A program made the position numbers and the translations under genes. 64,000 bases of DNA, taken from Anthoceros angustus (lineage: Eukaryota; Plantae; Anthocerotophyta). Of this stretch, positions 21,583-34,900 are shown one piece after another (positions within the stretch are counted from its first letter, which is position 1; each line of letters starts with the position of its first letter). The stretch covers positions 1,612,001 through 1,676,000 of the forward strand of contig MU008170.1 in assembly GCA_010909165.1 (NCBI GenBank). The letters are read 5' to 3'. The notes under the pieces are model-generated. The model did no database searches and was not told the DNA's origin. It was given only the letters and a program-made list of their open reading frames with translations.

Positions 21583-23991
21583 ATGGATTCGCTGCTCAAC
21601 AAGCTTACAATTGCGGACGATGTCGGAGCTGGCACTCGCCTGGAGAAGCCCAGGTTGCCTATACGGGGACGGAGGAATGTTCTGGTCACCAGCGCTCTGC
21701 CCTACGTGAACAATGTGCCGCACCTGGGGAACATCATCGGGTGCGTGCTTAGTGCGGATGTGTATGCGAGATACTGCCGTCTTCGTGGTTACAACACAAT
21801 TTACATGTGTGGGACAGACGAATATGGCACAGCCACGGAGACGAAGGCTATGGAGGAGAATCTGACTCCCAAGCAGATTTGTGACAAGTATCACGAGGTG
21901 CACAAGGAGATATACGAGTGGTTCGACATCAGTTTCGACAAATTCGGACGCACGTCGACCCCGCAGCAGACCGAGATTTGCCAGGCCATTTTCGAGTTGC
22001 TGCGGAGCAAAGGTCAGCTGGTGGAGGACAAGATGGAGCAGCCCTTCTGCACCACCTGCCAGCGCTTCCTGGCGGATAGGTTTGTGGAAGGGACGTGTCC
22101 TACACCTGGTTGTGGGTACGAGGATGCAAGGGGAGACCAGTGCGATAAATGTGGCAAGCTTCTGAACCCCACAGACCTGATCAACCCGAGGTGTAAAAGG
22201 TGTGGTAATCCTCCTGAAATTCGTGAAACAGAGCACCTTTTTCTGGACCTCCCTAAGATCAAGGGGCAGCTGGAGGAGTATATTGCCAGTACTTCTAGTG
22301 TGGGAGGCTGGAGTCAGAACTCTGTTCAGACGACGAGTGCCTGGATAAGAGATGGGCTTAAACCTCGCTGCATCACCAGGGACTTGAAGTGGGGCGTGCC
22401 TGTCCCATTGGAAAAGTATAAGGATAAGGTCTTCTATGTGTGGTTTGACGCACCCATTGGCTACATGTCTATCACTGCTAACTACACTCCAGAGTGGGAG
22501 AAGTGGTGGAAATCGCCCGATGATGTGGAGCTTGTGCAATTCATGGGGAAGGATAATGTACCCTTCCATACTGTGATTTTTCCGAGCACCCTGCTTGGAA
22601 CAGGGGAGCACTGGACACTTATGAGGACTATCAGTGTTACAGAGTACCTCAACTATGAATCTGGGAAGTTCTCCAAGAGCAGAGGAGTGGGAGTTTTTGG
22701 AACAGATGCCAAGACCACGAACATTCCTGTGGAGGTGTGGCGGTACTATCTGCTGACTAATCGGCCTGAAGTATCTGACACTCTTTTTACATGGTCAGAC
22801 CTTCAGGCAAAGCAAAATAACGAGCTGCTGAAGAATCTGGGCAACTTTGTTCATCGGTCTTTGAGCTTCTTGGCAAAACCATCTAGTGAGGGTTATGGTT
22901 CTGTCATTCCGGAAGCAGCAGCTTCGAGCACTCATGAGCTTACGGTAGCATTCGGTGAGAAGGTTTGGGAGAATACTAAGGATTACGTTGAGAACATGGA
23001 GAAGGTGAAGCTCAAAGCTGCCTTGAAGACTGCAATGAATGTTTCAGGTCTTGGGAACCAGTATCTCCAAGACAGCCAATTTTGGAAGCTTTACAAAGAG
23101 GATCGTCCTTCATGCGATATTGTGATTCGGACAGCAGTGGGAACGACACACCTGTTAGCGACACTCCTGGAACCTTTCATGCCCTCCTTCTCTCACAAGG
23201 TGCTTCAACAGTTGAATCTTCCAGCAGCAAGTTTGTCACTTGCAGATGAAGACGTTGACAGAGCCAGGACACCTTGGCAGTTTGTGCCTAAAGATCATGT
23301 AATTGGAAAGCCTGAGCCCATCTTTGCAGAGATGAAAGATGAGGAAGTGGAAAAGTATAGGGTAGCATTTGCTGGTAGTCAGGCGGACAGGGCTGCTGCA
23401 GAGGCAGTTGTAGCTGCGAAGCCAGAAGAAACTCCAGTCGGAAAAAAGAAGGCGCAGAAGGGAAAATCTGCTGCTGCAGAGGTTAAGGAGGCTCCAGTCA
23501 CAGTGGCTAGGCTGGACATTCGGGTTGGAGTTATCATGAAAGTGCAAAGGCATCCGGATGCAGACTCTTTGTATGTTGAGGAGATTGATGTGGGTGAGAC
23601 AGCACCGCGTACTGTGGTGAGTGGTCTGGTGAAGTACATCCCCATTGAAGCAATGCAGAACCGCAGGGTCGTGGTCCTGTGCAATCTCAAGCCTGCCACC
23701 ATGCGTGGCATCAAGTCTCAAGCTATGGTGTTAGCTGCTTCGAACTCTGACCATACGCTGGTGGAACTGGTGGCTCCTCCAGAAGGTGCAAAAGCGGGAG
23801 AGAGGGTGCAGTTTCCAGGCTTTCCAGGGGAACCAGATGACGTGCTCAACCCCAAGAAGAAGATCTGGGAAACAGTGCATCCGGACTTGATCACCAACGA
23901 GGATCTGGTTGCATGTTACAAAGGCACACCTTTCACCACATCCACCGGGGTGTGCAAGGTGGATTCTATTAGAAATGGTGCAATCCGGTAG
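21583..23991 (+). CDS. MetRS: Cytosolic methionyl-tRNA synthetase with C-terminal EMAPII/Trbp111 tRNA-binding domain, intronless
   Basis: 802-aa ORF with PHLGN (HIGH), a Zn knuckle, KFSKS (KMSKS) and a C-terminal LDIRVG..HPDADSLYVE domain. Confidence 0.97.
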   Translation: MDSLLNKLTIADDVGAGTRLEKPRLPIRGRRNVLVTSALPYVNNVPHLGNIIGCVLSADVYARYCRLRGYNTIYMCGTDEYGTATETKAMEENLTPKQICDKYHEVHKEIYEWFDISFDKFGRTSTPQQTEICQAIFELLRSKGQLVEDKMEQPFCTTCQRFLADRFVEGTCPTPGCGYEDARGDQCDKCGKLLNPTDLINPRCKRCGNPPEIRETEHLFLDLPKIKGQLEEYIASTSSVGGWSQNSVQTTSAWIRDGLKPRCITRDLKWGVPVPLEKYKDKVFYVWFDAPIGYMSITANYTPEWEKWWKSPDDVELVQFMGKDNVPFHTVIFPSTLLGTGEHWTLMRTISVTEYLNYESGKFSKSRGVGVFGTDAKTTNIPVEVWRYYLLTNRPEVSDTLFTWSDLQAKQNNELLKNLGNFVHRSLSFLAKPSSEGYGSVIPEAAASSTHELTVAFGEKVWENTKDYVENMEKVKLKAALKTAMNVSGLGNQYLQDSQFWKLYKEDRPSCDIVIRTAVGTTHLLATLLEPFMPSFSHKVLQQLNLPAASLSLADEDVDRARTPWQFVPKDHVIGKPEPIFAEMKDEEVEKYRVAFAGSQADRAAAEAVVAAKPEETPVGKKKAQKGKSAAAEVKEAPVTVARLDIRVGVIMKVQRHPDADSLYVEEIDVGETAPRTVVSGLVKYIPIEAMQNRRVVVLCNLKPATMRGIKSQAMVLAASNSDHTLVELVAPPEGAKAGERVQFPGFPGEPDDVLNPKKKIWETVHPDLITNEDLVACYKGTPFTTSTGVCKVDSIRNGAIR

Positions 23992-24254
23992 GCATTTAGC
24001 CTCCACGCATTTTTGAGCGAATGTAATGTTGATACATTTGACGCCATGAGAAAACTACATGGCATGGAGACATGGGTAATCACTCTAGGAATGAGTTGAC
24101 ACCTTCAAGTTTTTTTCGGCCAATTGCCCTTGTTTACTTTCAAGGTATTTCACAAATAATTGAACTAAAAGAATGATTTTCAAAAATTTATATTGAAAAT
24201 TAATAAATGTTATCTTCGATAAACGTTAGCCTTACTCCCGGCCGCTAACCTTTA

Positions 24255-26020
24255 TCCAGAGCAGACTGTACGTTGCAAAATGCGTCCTCCACCGTTCTGA
24301 ACTCTGTCGGCAGTTTCCCCAGTTTGTCGTTGTTCTCGGCCTGCACACTGGCAGGAGCCTTCCCGTAGCCCGAGCTCCTTAAGTTAGGTGCTTGCCAAGC
24401 TCAGGAACACTAATCCGGCAATGTTCATGGATCACCACCTCTGCCTCCAATTCGGAGCATGCTTCATCCGCAAACCTCTTGGCAGCTAGTCCCATCTGGG
24501 CATCATCTTCCAGATTTGACCAATCCTGGCACACATGCATTAGTGGGCACACAGACAAGGTGCACATGCCAGCCTTGTAACTAGGGTACCAGCTTCAGTA
24601 CCAGCCATCTTTGCGTAACCAACCTCGTGCACGGATGGATACTCTGCAACCATGATCGACGATATGGCATCTTTCCGCGGCTGCCTCTGCCATACCTCCT
24701 CGGTTATGAAGGGCATGAGTGGATGAAGGAGCCGAAGGCCTGTATCCAGGCATATCCACAGAGTGTCTTTTACACCAGTCTTGATAAGAACAACGTCTGC
24801 CTCATTGACAGAGCTGGCTTTATGACTTCTATGAACGCATCACATAACTGATATTGCCACCAGGAATGAACAGCCGTCGTTGCTCCTGTCAGGTCATAGC
24901 TTGCAAACGCTTCATTTGTCCTGCGGATTGTATCATTCAGCACTGACAGGATCCATTTACAGCTGAAAGGCAGCGAAGCCACATCTACAGACTCGGAAGG
25001 GACAAAGTCTGATTCGAGTTTTGTCAATGCAGAGCGGACGGCATTCCACAGCATGTTGCACCCCTGCCTATGGCCCACTACCCGCTGAATATCAAGGGCT
25101 ATTATTACCTGCATTGTGTACAAGACGAGGGCAAACCGAAGAGCATCAGCACCACATTCAGCGATCCCATTTGGATAATCTACCATCAGATTTTTTGATG
25201 CCCTCCCTACTTCAGCTTGCTCAAGGTTACCCTGTGTGAGCTTGCTCTGAAGGCCTTCCAAGCTTATACCCGAAATAATTTCTAAGGGATCAATCACATT
25301 TCCCAAAGACTTTGACATTTTACGACCTTGGGCATCCCTCACAATCGCGTGAAGGAACATTTGCAAGGAGCACCCGCTGTTAGCAATCACAAAAAGCGAG
25401 GGAGGGTCAAGTCAATTACGAATGTCAAAGACAAAAACAAAAACAAAAAACACAAAAAGGGTCACCTGTTTAAATGGGACTTCATTTGTCAGCTTCATGC
25501 CCACCTTTACCATCCTAGTGACCCAAAACAAGAGAAGGTCATGTCCAGTTTCAAGGGTAGAATGTGCGCAGATCCGCCGTTTCCACTGGCCACCCCATCA
25601 CGGAGAACGGGAATAAGGGAGACGAAAACCATGTGTCCAAAAGGATCTTGGTCCAGCCGGAACTTCTTCCGAGCAAACTTCTTGTTGGCATTGACCTTGG
25701 CCTCCATTTTGTTTCTACCAACGACCCAGTGATCGCTATAAGACCCAAATCCTTCGAGCTCATTGTCATCAAAACAAGCATACCATGCCGGGACACGATG
25801 ACCCCACCACAGCTGCCTTGATATGCACCAAGGCTGAATGTTCCTCAGCCATCTGCAACATGCACACGACGTGTTTCACTTTCTGCAAAAAATTCCACCT
25901 GTTGTGGACTAGCACACAACCAAATTGATCACTTTGCCAGAAAAGTCACTATTTTGGCCTAGTCACCAAATTGATCAGATTCCTAGCTTCATAGGATTGT
26001 CTGCGACTCCCCTATAAAGT
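24255..26020 (-). pseudogene. ValRS: Valyl-tRNA synthetase, 3' half (frameshifted)
   Basis: [52 protein letters not shown] (a 5-nt deletion removes DV), RKMSKSLGNVIDP and DTLWICLDTGLRLLHP are all present, with several frameshifts. Confidence 0.88.
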
Positions 26021-26079
26021 CCCTGTGACCCACACACAAACCTCATCAAGTTCAAGACACAGAGGACCAATTTCACAAA

Positions 26080-27650
26080 GTGCGAAAACTCCTTCCCCAC
26101 CCTCATTCAACATATTACAAAGGATCCCACTTTGAATTCCATTGCGTTCAGGACTTTCACTCGACCATCGAAGCGCTTAAGGCCCTCGAAGTGGCATGGC
26201 CACTCCAGTCTGCACTTTCAGCATCAAGCTCTAGCGGACATGGGGAATCTAAACCTGGAACAGGCCCGAGTATGGGACTCCTGATCCACAGCCAGCACCC
26301 AAAGCCTCGCTTATGTGCTGAGACTTTCGATTGGATCATGGGGCCCCAACTCACCACAGGGCAGAAAGCGCAAATACATGCCCTTGTGCTCCAATACCAG
26401 GACTGTTGTGCCTTCTCCATGCGAGACTTGAAGTGATGCAATGTGACCACTTTCGCATCAATCTGACCAGCAAGGAGCCTGTCTACAGAAGGCGCTACCG
26501 GCTCAGCAAAACTGAGTGGGACATGGTGGATGCACGCTGCCAAGAGTTGCTTGAAGCCGGACTCATTCGCCCCTCTAGCTCCGACTATGCTGCTGCCACA
26601 GTGATGCCTCCCAAGAAGGACAACAACGGGATGTGGACAGAGAAGAGGATGTGCGGAGACTACCGTCCTATCAATGCAGTGACAGCCCAGGATCGATATC
26701 CCATGCCAATGCCGAAGGAAATCTTCGACAACATTGGTAAGTCAGGCTACTTCTCAATTTTGGACCTTCTCCAAGGCTTCAACCAGGTGCCTGTTGCTGA
26801 GGAGGACATCAAGAAGACGGCCTTTCATGGCTCCCAGCAGCTGTGGGAATGGCTAGTGATGCCCTTCGGCTTCAAGAACGCGCCGGTGACATTCTAGCGG
26901 GTGATGGACATAGTACTTGCAGGTTTAGCAAACCTCATGTGCTACATAGATGATGTCCGAGGACTTTGAGTCTCATCAGGTGCATCTGGAAGACTTGTTC
27001 AAGAGGTTGCGGAAGGCACAACTGACGTGTCACCCAACCAAGTGTGAATTTGGCATGGACACCGTCGCATATCTTGGTCATAGAGTCGTGCCTGGTGGGG
27101 TGATGCCACATGCTGCCAAGGTGCAAGCCATCTTACAAGTGCGAGAGCCCACCAGTGTCTCTACCTTGCGAGCCTTCCCTGGTCTATGCAATTACTACCG
27201 AGTATACATTCAGGACTTCAGCCGAATTGTCAAGGAATTGAACGACTTGCTGCGAAAAGATGTTGTGTGCCTAGACAGAGATGACTCAGCAAGCTTTTGA
27301 CACGCTGAAACTGAGCTTGACGGAAGCTCCTATCATGGCCAGACCCGACTTCTCCAAGCCTTTTGTGGTACATTAAGATTGGAGCATCTTGGGCCTAGGG
27401 GTTGTGCTAGCCCAGCAAGATGAAGATGGGCAGGAGCGGGTGGTTGCGTATGCTTCACGCAGCAACAACTGTGCTGAAGCAACCTACAGCAGTTACCAAG
27501 GGGAGTGCCTAACCGCTATGTGGGCAGTTTGTCATTTCAGGCCTTACCTGTATGGCAAGCCCTTCACGCTAGTCATTGACCATCAGCCACTCAAGTGGTT
27601 GATGACCAACACCAAATTGAGTGGGAAGCTTGCAAGGTGGGCCATGATCC
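26080..27650 (+). mobile_element. Ty3/Gypsy pol fragment (RT and RNase H), 5'-truncated, degenerate
   Basis: YRRRYRLSKTE..WTEKRMCGDYRPIN..MPFGFKNAP..CYIDDV..VVAYASRS..DHQPLKWL..KLARWAMIL, with stops and frameshifts. Confidence 0.93.
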
Positions 27651-27846
27651 TGTTAGAAAACAGTTATTCCCAGGTTCAGTACATTAGAAATGGTGTGCTA
27701 TGCATACATATATAGCCTTTGGCCTTGTCATACTCTCGATAGTATGAAACCCTATCTCGCTCCTCGTATAATCCTATATACTTCTAGGACTTATACTCAT
27801 AACTCTAATATGTGATGTGTTGCACCAATCCTATAGATTTCTAACA
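27651..27846 (-). repeat. Copia 3' LTR
   Basis: TGTTAG...CTAACA, 196 bp, preceded by the GATCC TSD and followed by CTCCCACTCAA (reverse complement of the PPT). Confidence 0.97.
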
Positions 27847-30800
27847 CTCCCACTCAACACATCGCTACTTTTAAGCCTAACATCTTGCTAAACTTAATGC
27901 TTCTCTAAAGTCAACCCTTTGGTCAAAACATCTGCAGCATGTCCATAGTGGGACAATACGCTAGCTCTATCTCCTTGGATTGAACTTTCTCCGATGAAGT
28001 GATGCTTTACTTCAATGTGTTTCGTCCTCGCGTGAAAAGTAGCATTCTTCGCTAAGTAAATGCAACCCTGATTGTCGTTGAAGATGGTTGTTGCACCCTT
28101 CTGCTTAAATCCCATTTCTTCGAGCAATCGTCGTAGCCATATTGCTTCCATTGTTGCAGCAGATATTGCCATGTACTCCGCTTCTGTAGAGGACAAAGCC
28201 ACAGTAGGCTGACGCCTACTACTCCATGAAATGGCTCCCCCAAATAGCATAAATACATATCCTGTGGTAGACTTGCGGCCATCGACATCTCCAGCCCAAT
28301 CTGAATCACAAAATCCAACCACCTGGGCGTCTTCATGTCGATCCTTTTGGTATTGCAACTTCCAATGTTTTGTGCCGCGCAAGTATCTGAATATCCTCTT
28401 GACTGCTTGATAATGCTGTTGTCCAGGGTTGGCCAAGAATCGACTCACAACTCCCACTGCCTCTGCAATGTCGGGCCTTGTCCCTGTTGCCAAATATGTA
28501 AGACAGCAACACGTTGATAGAGAGTCTTATCTATCTTTTCTTTCTCCTTTTCGTTGTAGGGCTCATCTCCTGCGATAGCTTCTCATTGAAGATCATTGGC
28601 GTCTTCATGGGTTTGCAATCTTGCATGCCAAACGCCTCCAATATGGTCTCCACATATGTTTGTTGGCTCAAAGAGATCTTTTGTTAGCCCTATCCCTTTC
28701 TCCCCTCTATGTCGCATTGTTGAGAAGGTTCTGGCTGTGGAGGTTGCTCAAGAGTGTCATCATAGTAATCCTCATTAGGGTCGCCAACATACGTCGGATC
28801 CTTCATGATAACCGGGGTTGGAGCTCCCACTCCTTTGATGGGTTCCACAACCTCATTAAATACAACGTCCTCGCTAAAATGATCTTCTTCCTTGAAAGAT
28901 CATACAACCCAGAGCCCTTAATCTCGAGAGTATCCAAGCATAAGGCACTTCACGCCTTTTGGATCCCATTTTGTTCGGGTTTGCTTGAACGTGAGCATAA
29001 ACCATCGAACCAAAGATCCTCAAATGGCTTATGTCGGGCTTGACGCTGCACCACGCTTCCTCCGGGTCATTCCAACAATAGCTTTGGTTGGAACTCGATT
29101 CAAAACATAGGTTCTTTGTAACAACCTCACCCCAAAACGCATGCCAAGCCACTATGATGTAACATGCATTTAGCCGCCTCCACCAGACTCCTAAGTTTGC
29201 TCCGCCACTCCATTTTGCTCCGGTGTGTGAGGGATGGTTAGTTGCCTTCCAATTCCATGCTCCTTGCAAAAGCGTTGGAAGTTAGTGGAGATGTATTCAC
29301 CTCCGTTGTCACTCACGCAAAGTCTTGACGTTGTCCACTTGCGTTCTCCACCATGGCTTTCCATTCCTTGAAGAGTGTAAATACCGGATTTCTCCTTCAT
29401 AAGATATGTCCAGTCTTCCTAGTGAAATCATCCACAAACACCGAATGTAGCGGGCTCCGCCATGAGTGGGATTTTCATTGGACCACACACATCCGTGTGT
29501 ACCAACTCTAGCGCCATCTTTGCTCGTCACCGCAATCTTGGGAACTTAGTTCGGTGTAGCTTTCCCATTATGCACCCTTGGCATAATTCTCTCACCCACT
29601 TCTTTCAAATCCAAGCCTAGAACCATATGTTGGTTCTTCATCAACTGATATTGTCCACACCAATGTGCCCTAGACGTTGATGCCATAAATCAATAGATCC
29701 AATGCTATTTTGCGAATCGTCCATAAAGGTGCAAGCTTGCCTTCCACAAGCACACAACTTGTACAAATTTCCTACTCGGACGCCTCTAGCAATCACTTTA
29801 GCATTCGATAACTCAGTCGCCGATTGGATCCAAATCCTTTGGAATTGAACACAACCTCATGACTGATCGGCAATTTTTATGAAGTAAAGAAGATTCCTCG
29901 CAAGATGAGGCACATGATGCACGCCCTTAATACTCAGATGTCCTGGAAGATGGACTCGTAACACTCCTCTTCCCTTGATGTCATGTGACCTATTGTCACC
30001 AAGCGCCACCGTATGCCCCTCCGCAATACCTCGTAGCTTGAGAACCAAGGAAGGTTATAATCGAAATCTTTGGGATGCACCGAGTCAAGGTACAAACTCT
30101 CATCCTTCTTTGATGAAGTCGCTTGATCTCTTTCGGTGAAGCACGCCAAGATGTGTTCTTGGTCCTTCTCACGACTTGATTAGCTTGGGATGATTTCCTT
30201 CTTCAAGTCTCGCCAATCTTATTTTACCTTTGCGTGGTGATTGGGCTTCGCAGAATAACAAAAGCCTTTCACCTTTCTCTTTGCATCCGTATCCTTTGTC
30301 CCTTCTAGAGACTTGGCTTGCGAGGTCTTCCACCGTGATGTGCTCTTCTTGGAGAAGAGTGCCAAGCCTTCGTTGCCTTGTGTCCGGAAAGAACCATCAA
30401 GCTCCTCTTGTAGGAGTAATCTAACCACCTCATCAAAGGTTGGTTGATTGTCACTTGGACGCATCGCCACGGATGCCCTATAAGACAATAAAATTGCCTA
30501 CATGATGGTGGCAAACTACTCAAAGGTGATCACCTTACCCTCCAAGGTTTGATCTCGCCTCCCTCATTTGATCAACCAAGCTTTTCAACTTGTTGACATG
30601 TTGTTGAACGGTCGCCTCAACCATCTTGAAGTTGGAGAATTGACTTTCCAGCATTTCGCTCACAATGCTCTTCTTCTCACACGCCAGTAAAGAATTTTCC
30701 ATGCATCCTGCGAAGAGACACACTCGCTCAATTGTGAGAGAATGTCATCGACACATTCAGATAATATTAGCCAAGGCTTTCGCATCCTTGTCTATATCCT

Positions 30801-31134
30801 TTTGAGCGCCATCGGAAGTCCATTTTCCACAAACTTCCACAATCCTCTCAATGAGAAGAGATTTTAGCTTCAACTTCCATAATGTGAAGTTCCGCCATCA
30901 AACTTCTCCACTTGACGCGTAGTCTCCATATGCACACCTCTGAAAGCTATGCAAAGACAAGACAAAAGTTCCTCGCACCAAAACTACTACCAAGCTTCAC
31001 GAAATTGCAAACGAGCTTTCACAGACACTTAGTCTGCATAACTACAAACAATGCAATAGAAGACAAGTGGCAACAGTCCCACACAGGGTGGTGCGGAGTA
31101 CTTTACGCATCTCCTGAACCATGCTCTGATACCA

Positions 31135-31330
31135 TGTTAGAAAACAGTTATTCCCAGGTTCAGTACATTAAAAATGGTGTGCTATGCATACATATATAGC
31201 CTTTGGCCTTGTCATACTCTCGATAGTATGAAACCCTATCTCGCTCCTGGGATAATCCTATATACTTCTAGGACTTATACTCATAACTCTAATATGTGAT
31301 GTGTTGCACCAATCCTATAGATTTCTAACA
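31135..31330 (-). repeat. Copia 5' LTR
   Basis: 196 bp, adjacent to the PBS and followed by the GATCC TSD. Confidence 0.97.
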
Positions 31331-31983
31331 GATCCTGCAGGACTATGAATTCCAAGTGGTGCACCGACCGGGGGTCACACACCAAAATACGTGACACTCT
31401 CTCTCGGAATCCCAGCGCCAAATGTGAAGACGTTATTGAGGTCAAACAGGACAAAGATTCCGAAGAGCTGAAGCATGTTTCATTGGCTGCAATGGTGGCC
31501 ATCACAAGCTTGTCCGACTGTCCCGAGTATGGGACAGTCCCGAGTATTGGACAGCCCTTAGTGCTGGACACACATGTCGGGGACAAAAGGTCCAAGGACA
31601 TTTGGGAAGACTCTGACACCCTCCTGTTTGTCCAAACAAGACAGTTTGGATCAGCCATTGAGCACGCTGAGCAAGAAAGAATTTGCCAGCGCGCTTCCAA
31701 GTATCAAGGGCGGGATGGGCATTTGTTGAGGAGGCCGTGCACTTGACGAATCAGCTGCTCCCTATCCATAGGTGGTGGAACCAATCGTTCTAGCCCATTG
31801 AACATGGGCCATTTTGGATCAAACGCACTTACATCTTACTTCTGCCACATTTCCATTGGCATGAGATGTACGTGCAAGTCAAACAGCAGATGGCCTGTTG
31901 CAAGGACTGCGACAGGGTGAAGACATCCTTCACCATCCAGAATCCTCAGCTGCACCCCTTGCCCATCATGGGACTGTTCTTTA
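31331..31983 (+). mobile_element. Gypsy pol continuation (RNase H end and integrase Zn-binding region)
   Basis: The reading frame resumes exactly across the Copia (WAMIL|QDYEFQVVHRPG), then ..CCKDCDRVKTSF..LHPLPIMGLF. Confidence 0.88.
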
Positions 31984-34900
31984 AACATCATAATTTTTGA
32001 AGGGGGTGAATAATCTCGAAGGGGGTTTTCCGTAAATAATCTTTGAAGGGGGTTTTTGATGGGCCCTAAAACAGCGTTTTTAAGGCATTCCGGAAAACAT
32101 GTTCGAAAAAAAGGGTGTCACCCACTAAAGTTCCTACTTTCCATCCAAAGAATGTTTCACGAATGGTGGTTGCAAACTCGAACCTATGGGATTAATGCAA
32201 AGTAGGAGCGGTAAGGAAGGCGTTCACGGAAGGGACAGGAATTCGCTTTGGGAGGAAAATGTGGTTTAGTAAGGACACAACAAAAGCCACGGACAGGGTA
32301 TTTCCAAAACACAGTAACATTTGGAACCAGACGTTCAACATTCACTCTGGGACCCCGGGACAAACCTGATTTCAGTTTCACTAATCACCAGAGTTCAATC
32401 CTTCGTCATCACTTGGTCCAGCTTCTCTAGCATTGTCATCACTATCTTCAGTGGCACTTTGACTCGTTGGCTGTATGAAGCCGCGCAACTCGCAGAGCTT
32501 ATCCCTTATCGCTTTTTTGTCCACCGCATACACATGTTTCGTTCAACACAAACCCATGTCTGAGGATGGGTTTCATTCACAAACACCTCCTGTATGTTTT
32601 TGGGTAATGGACCTTATTCCCTTTTTCCTCGGCATCGGACCAAATGGGTTGGCACTCGGCGGACTATGTATTCCTACACATATCTCCCTTGCGCATCGTG
32701 TGCTCGGTCCGATACCGATGGATAAGAAAGTGAGGTCGTGGTGCATCTAGCTTCAGCGTCAATGACTCTCCCAATCCGAATGGCACGATGCGTGTCCATA
32801 GGTGGTGGAACCAATCGTTCTAGCCCATTGAACATGGGCCATTTTGGATCAAACGCACTTACATCTTACTTACGCCACATTTCCATTGGCATGAGATATG
32901 CGTCAAACAAATAGATGGCACATTGTAAGGGCTGACGGTGAAGACATCCTTCACCATCCAATCCTCAGCTGCACCCTTGCCCATCATGGACCGTTTAAAC
33001 ATCATAATTTTTGAAGGGGTGAATAATCTCAAGGGGTTTAGTAAATAATCTTTGAAGGGGTTTTGATGGGCCCTAAAACAGCTTTTAAGGCATTCCGGAA
33101 AACATCTCAAAAAGGTGTCACCCACTAAAGTTCCTACTTTCCATCCAAAGAATGTTTCACGAATGGTGGTTGCAAACTCGAACCTATGGGATTAATGCAA
33201 AGTAGGAGCGGTAAGGAAGGCCGCTCTGGAAGGACGATAAATTCGCTTTGGGAGGAAAATGTGGTTTAGTAAGGACACAACAAAAGCCACGACGAGGTAT
33301 TTCCAAAACACGGTAACATTTGGAACCGACGCTACATTCACTCTGGGACCCCGGACAAACGATTTCGCCCACTCATCACCGTAGTTCAATCCTTCATCAC
33401 TTGGTCCAAATTTTCTAGCATTGTCATCACTATCTTCGGGCACTTTGACTCGCAGTATGAAGCCGCAACTCGCAGCTTATCCCTTATCGCTTTTTGTCCA
33501 CCGACACATGTTTCCGCATGCTCAACACAAACCCATGTCTGGGATGTTTCATTCACAAACACCGTATGTTTTTGGTAATGGACCTTATTCCTTTTTCCTC
33601 GGCATCGGACCAAATGGGTTGGCACTGACGGACTATGTATTCCTACACATATCTCCTTCGTACGATCCGTGTGCTATCCGATACCGATGGATAAGAAAGT
33701 GAGGTCGTGGTGCATCTAGCTTCACAATGACTCTCCCAATCCGTAATGGCCTCGTTATGTGTCCATAGTGCACAAGACCGCCGAAACATCCTTCAAGATT
33801 TCCATTATGTCCCCATTCATCCGCGCCGTTCCCACTATTGCCTTCCGGCATTTTGACATGCCCCCAAGTACAGATCGTGCACGCTGTGGGAGGTCCCTCA
33901 ATAATGCCTCATCTAGCAAAGCTTCATCCGGCACTTGAAGTGGTCAGGCTGTATGATCCACTTCTGCACGTGAAAACCACTTCCAAGGACGCTGTAGCAC
34001 TAGCCCAATGTTATTCTCCACAATGATAGCAATTTCCTTCCGATCCACCCAAAAGGCTTCCAACCACTTGTACTCTTCAACAGTCAGCTATGGACACAAA
34101 TCTTTTAACCCTTCCTGCAAATGGGCCACACCTTCCATCTGTGATAGGATACTGCCGTTCCTTCTTGTCCCCCTAGCTTCACCCGCATGCAGTAGGATGG
34201 TGCTAAGGGAGGCGCCGCCACCGCCCTCACCCACTAAAGTTCCTACTTTCCATCCGGCAATGTTTACATCGAATGGTGGTTGCAAACTCGAACCTATGGG
34301 ATTAATGCAAAGTAGGAGCGGTAAGGAAGGCGTTCTACGAAGGACAAGCAAATTCGATTTTGGGAGGAAAATGTGGTTTAGTAAGGACACAACAAAAGCC
34401 AGACGGTATTTCCAAAACACGGTAACATTTGGAACGACGTTCAACATTCACTCTGGGACCGGGACAAACACGATTTCGATTTCACTAATCACGAGTTCAA
34501 TCCTTCGTCATCACTTGGTCCGGCTTCTCTAGCATTGTCATCACTATCTTGATGGCACTTTGACTCGTTGGCAGCGCGCAACTCATGAGCTTATCCCTTA
34601 TCGCTTTTTGTCCACCGCATACACATGTTTCGTTCAACACAAACCCATGTCTGAGGATGGTTTCATTCACAAACACCTCCTGTATGTTTTTGGGTAATGG
34701 ACCTTATTCCCTTTTTCCTCGGCATCGGACCAAATGGGTTGGCACTCGGCGGACTATGTATTCCATATCTCCCTTAAATGCATCGTGTGCTCGGTCCGAT
34801 ACCGATTGGATAAGAAAGTGAGGTCGTGGTGCATCTAACCCGTCAATGACTCTCCCAATCCGAGAATGGCTGTTATGCGTGTCCATAGGGCAGCTTGAAC

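Larger units (their letters stand above)
27651..31330 (-). mobile_element. Ty1/Copia LTR retrotransposon (3680 bp, RT internally deleted) nested in the Gypsy pol
   Basis: 196-bp TG..CA LTRs at 27651-27846 and 31135-31330 with 3 mismatches. GATCC TSD on both sides, tRNA-iMet PBS (TGGTATCAGAGC) at 31123-31134, PPT next to the left LTR, and gag, protease, integrase and RNase H (GFCDSDWAGD) remnants. Confidence 0.97.

Noticed and set aside
21382-22611. 409-aa antisense ORF over MetRS (similarly 16678-17445, 50621-51046, 58381-58902)
   Set aside because: Expected stop-poor antisense frames of GC-rich coding sequence, with no independent features.
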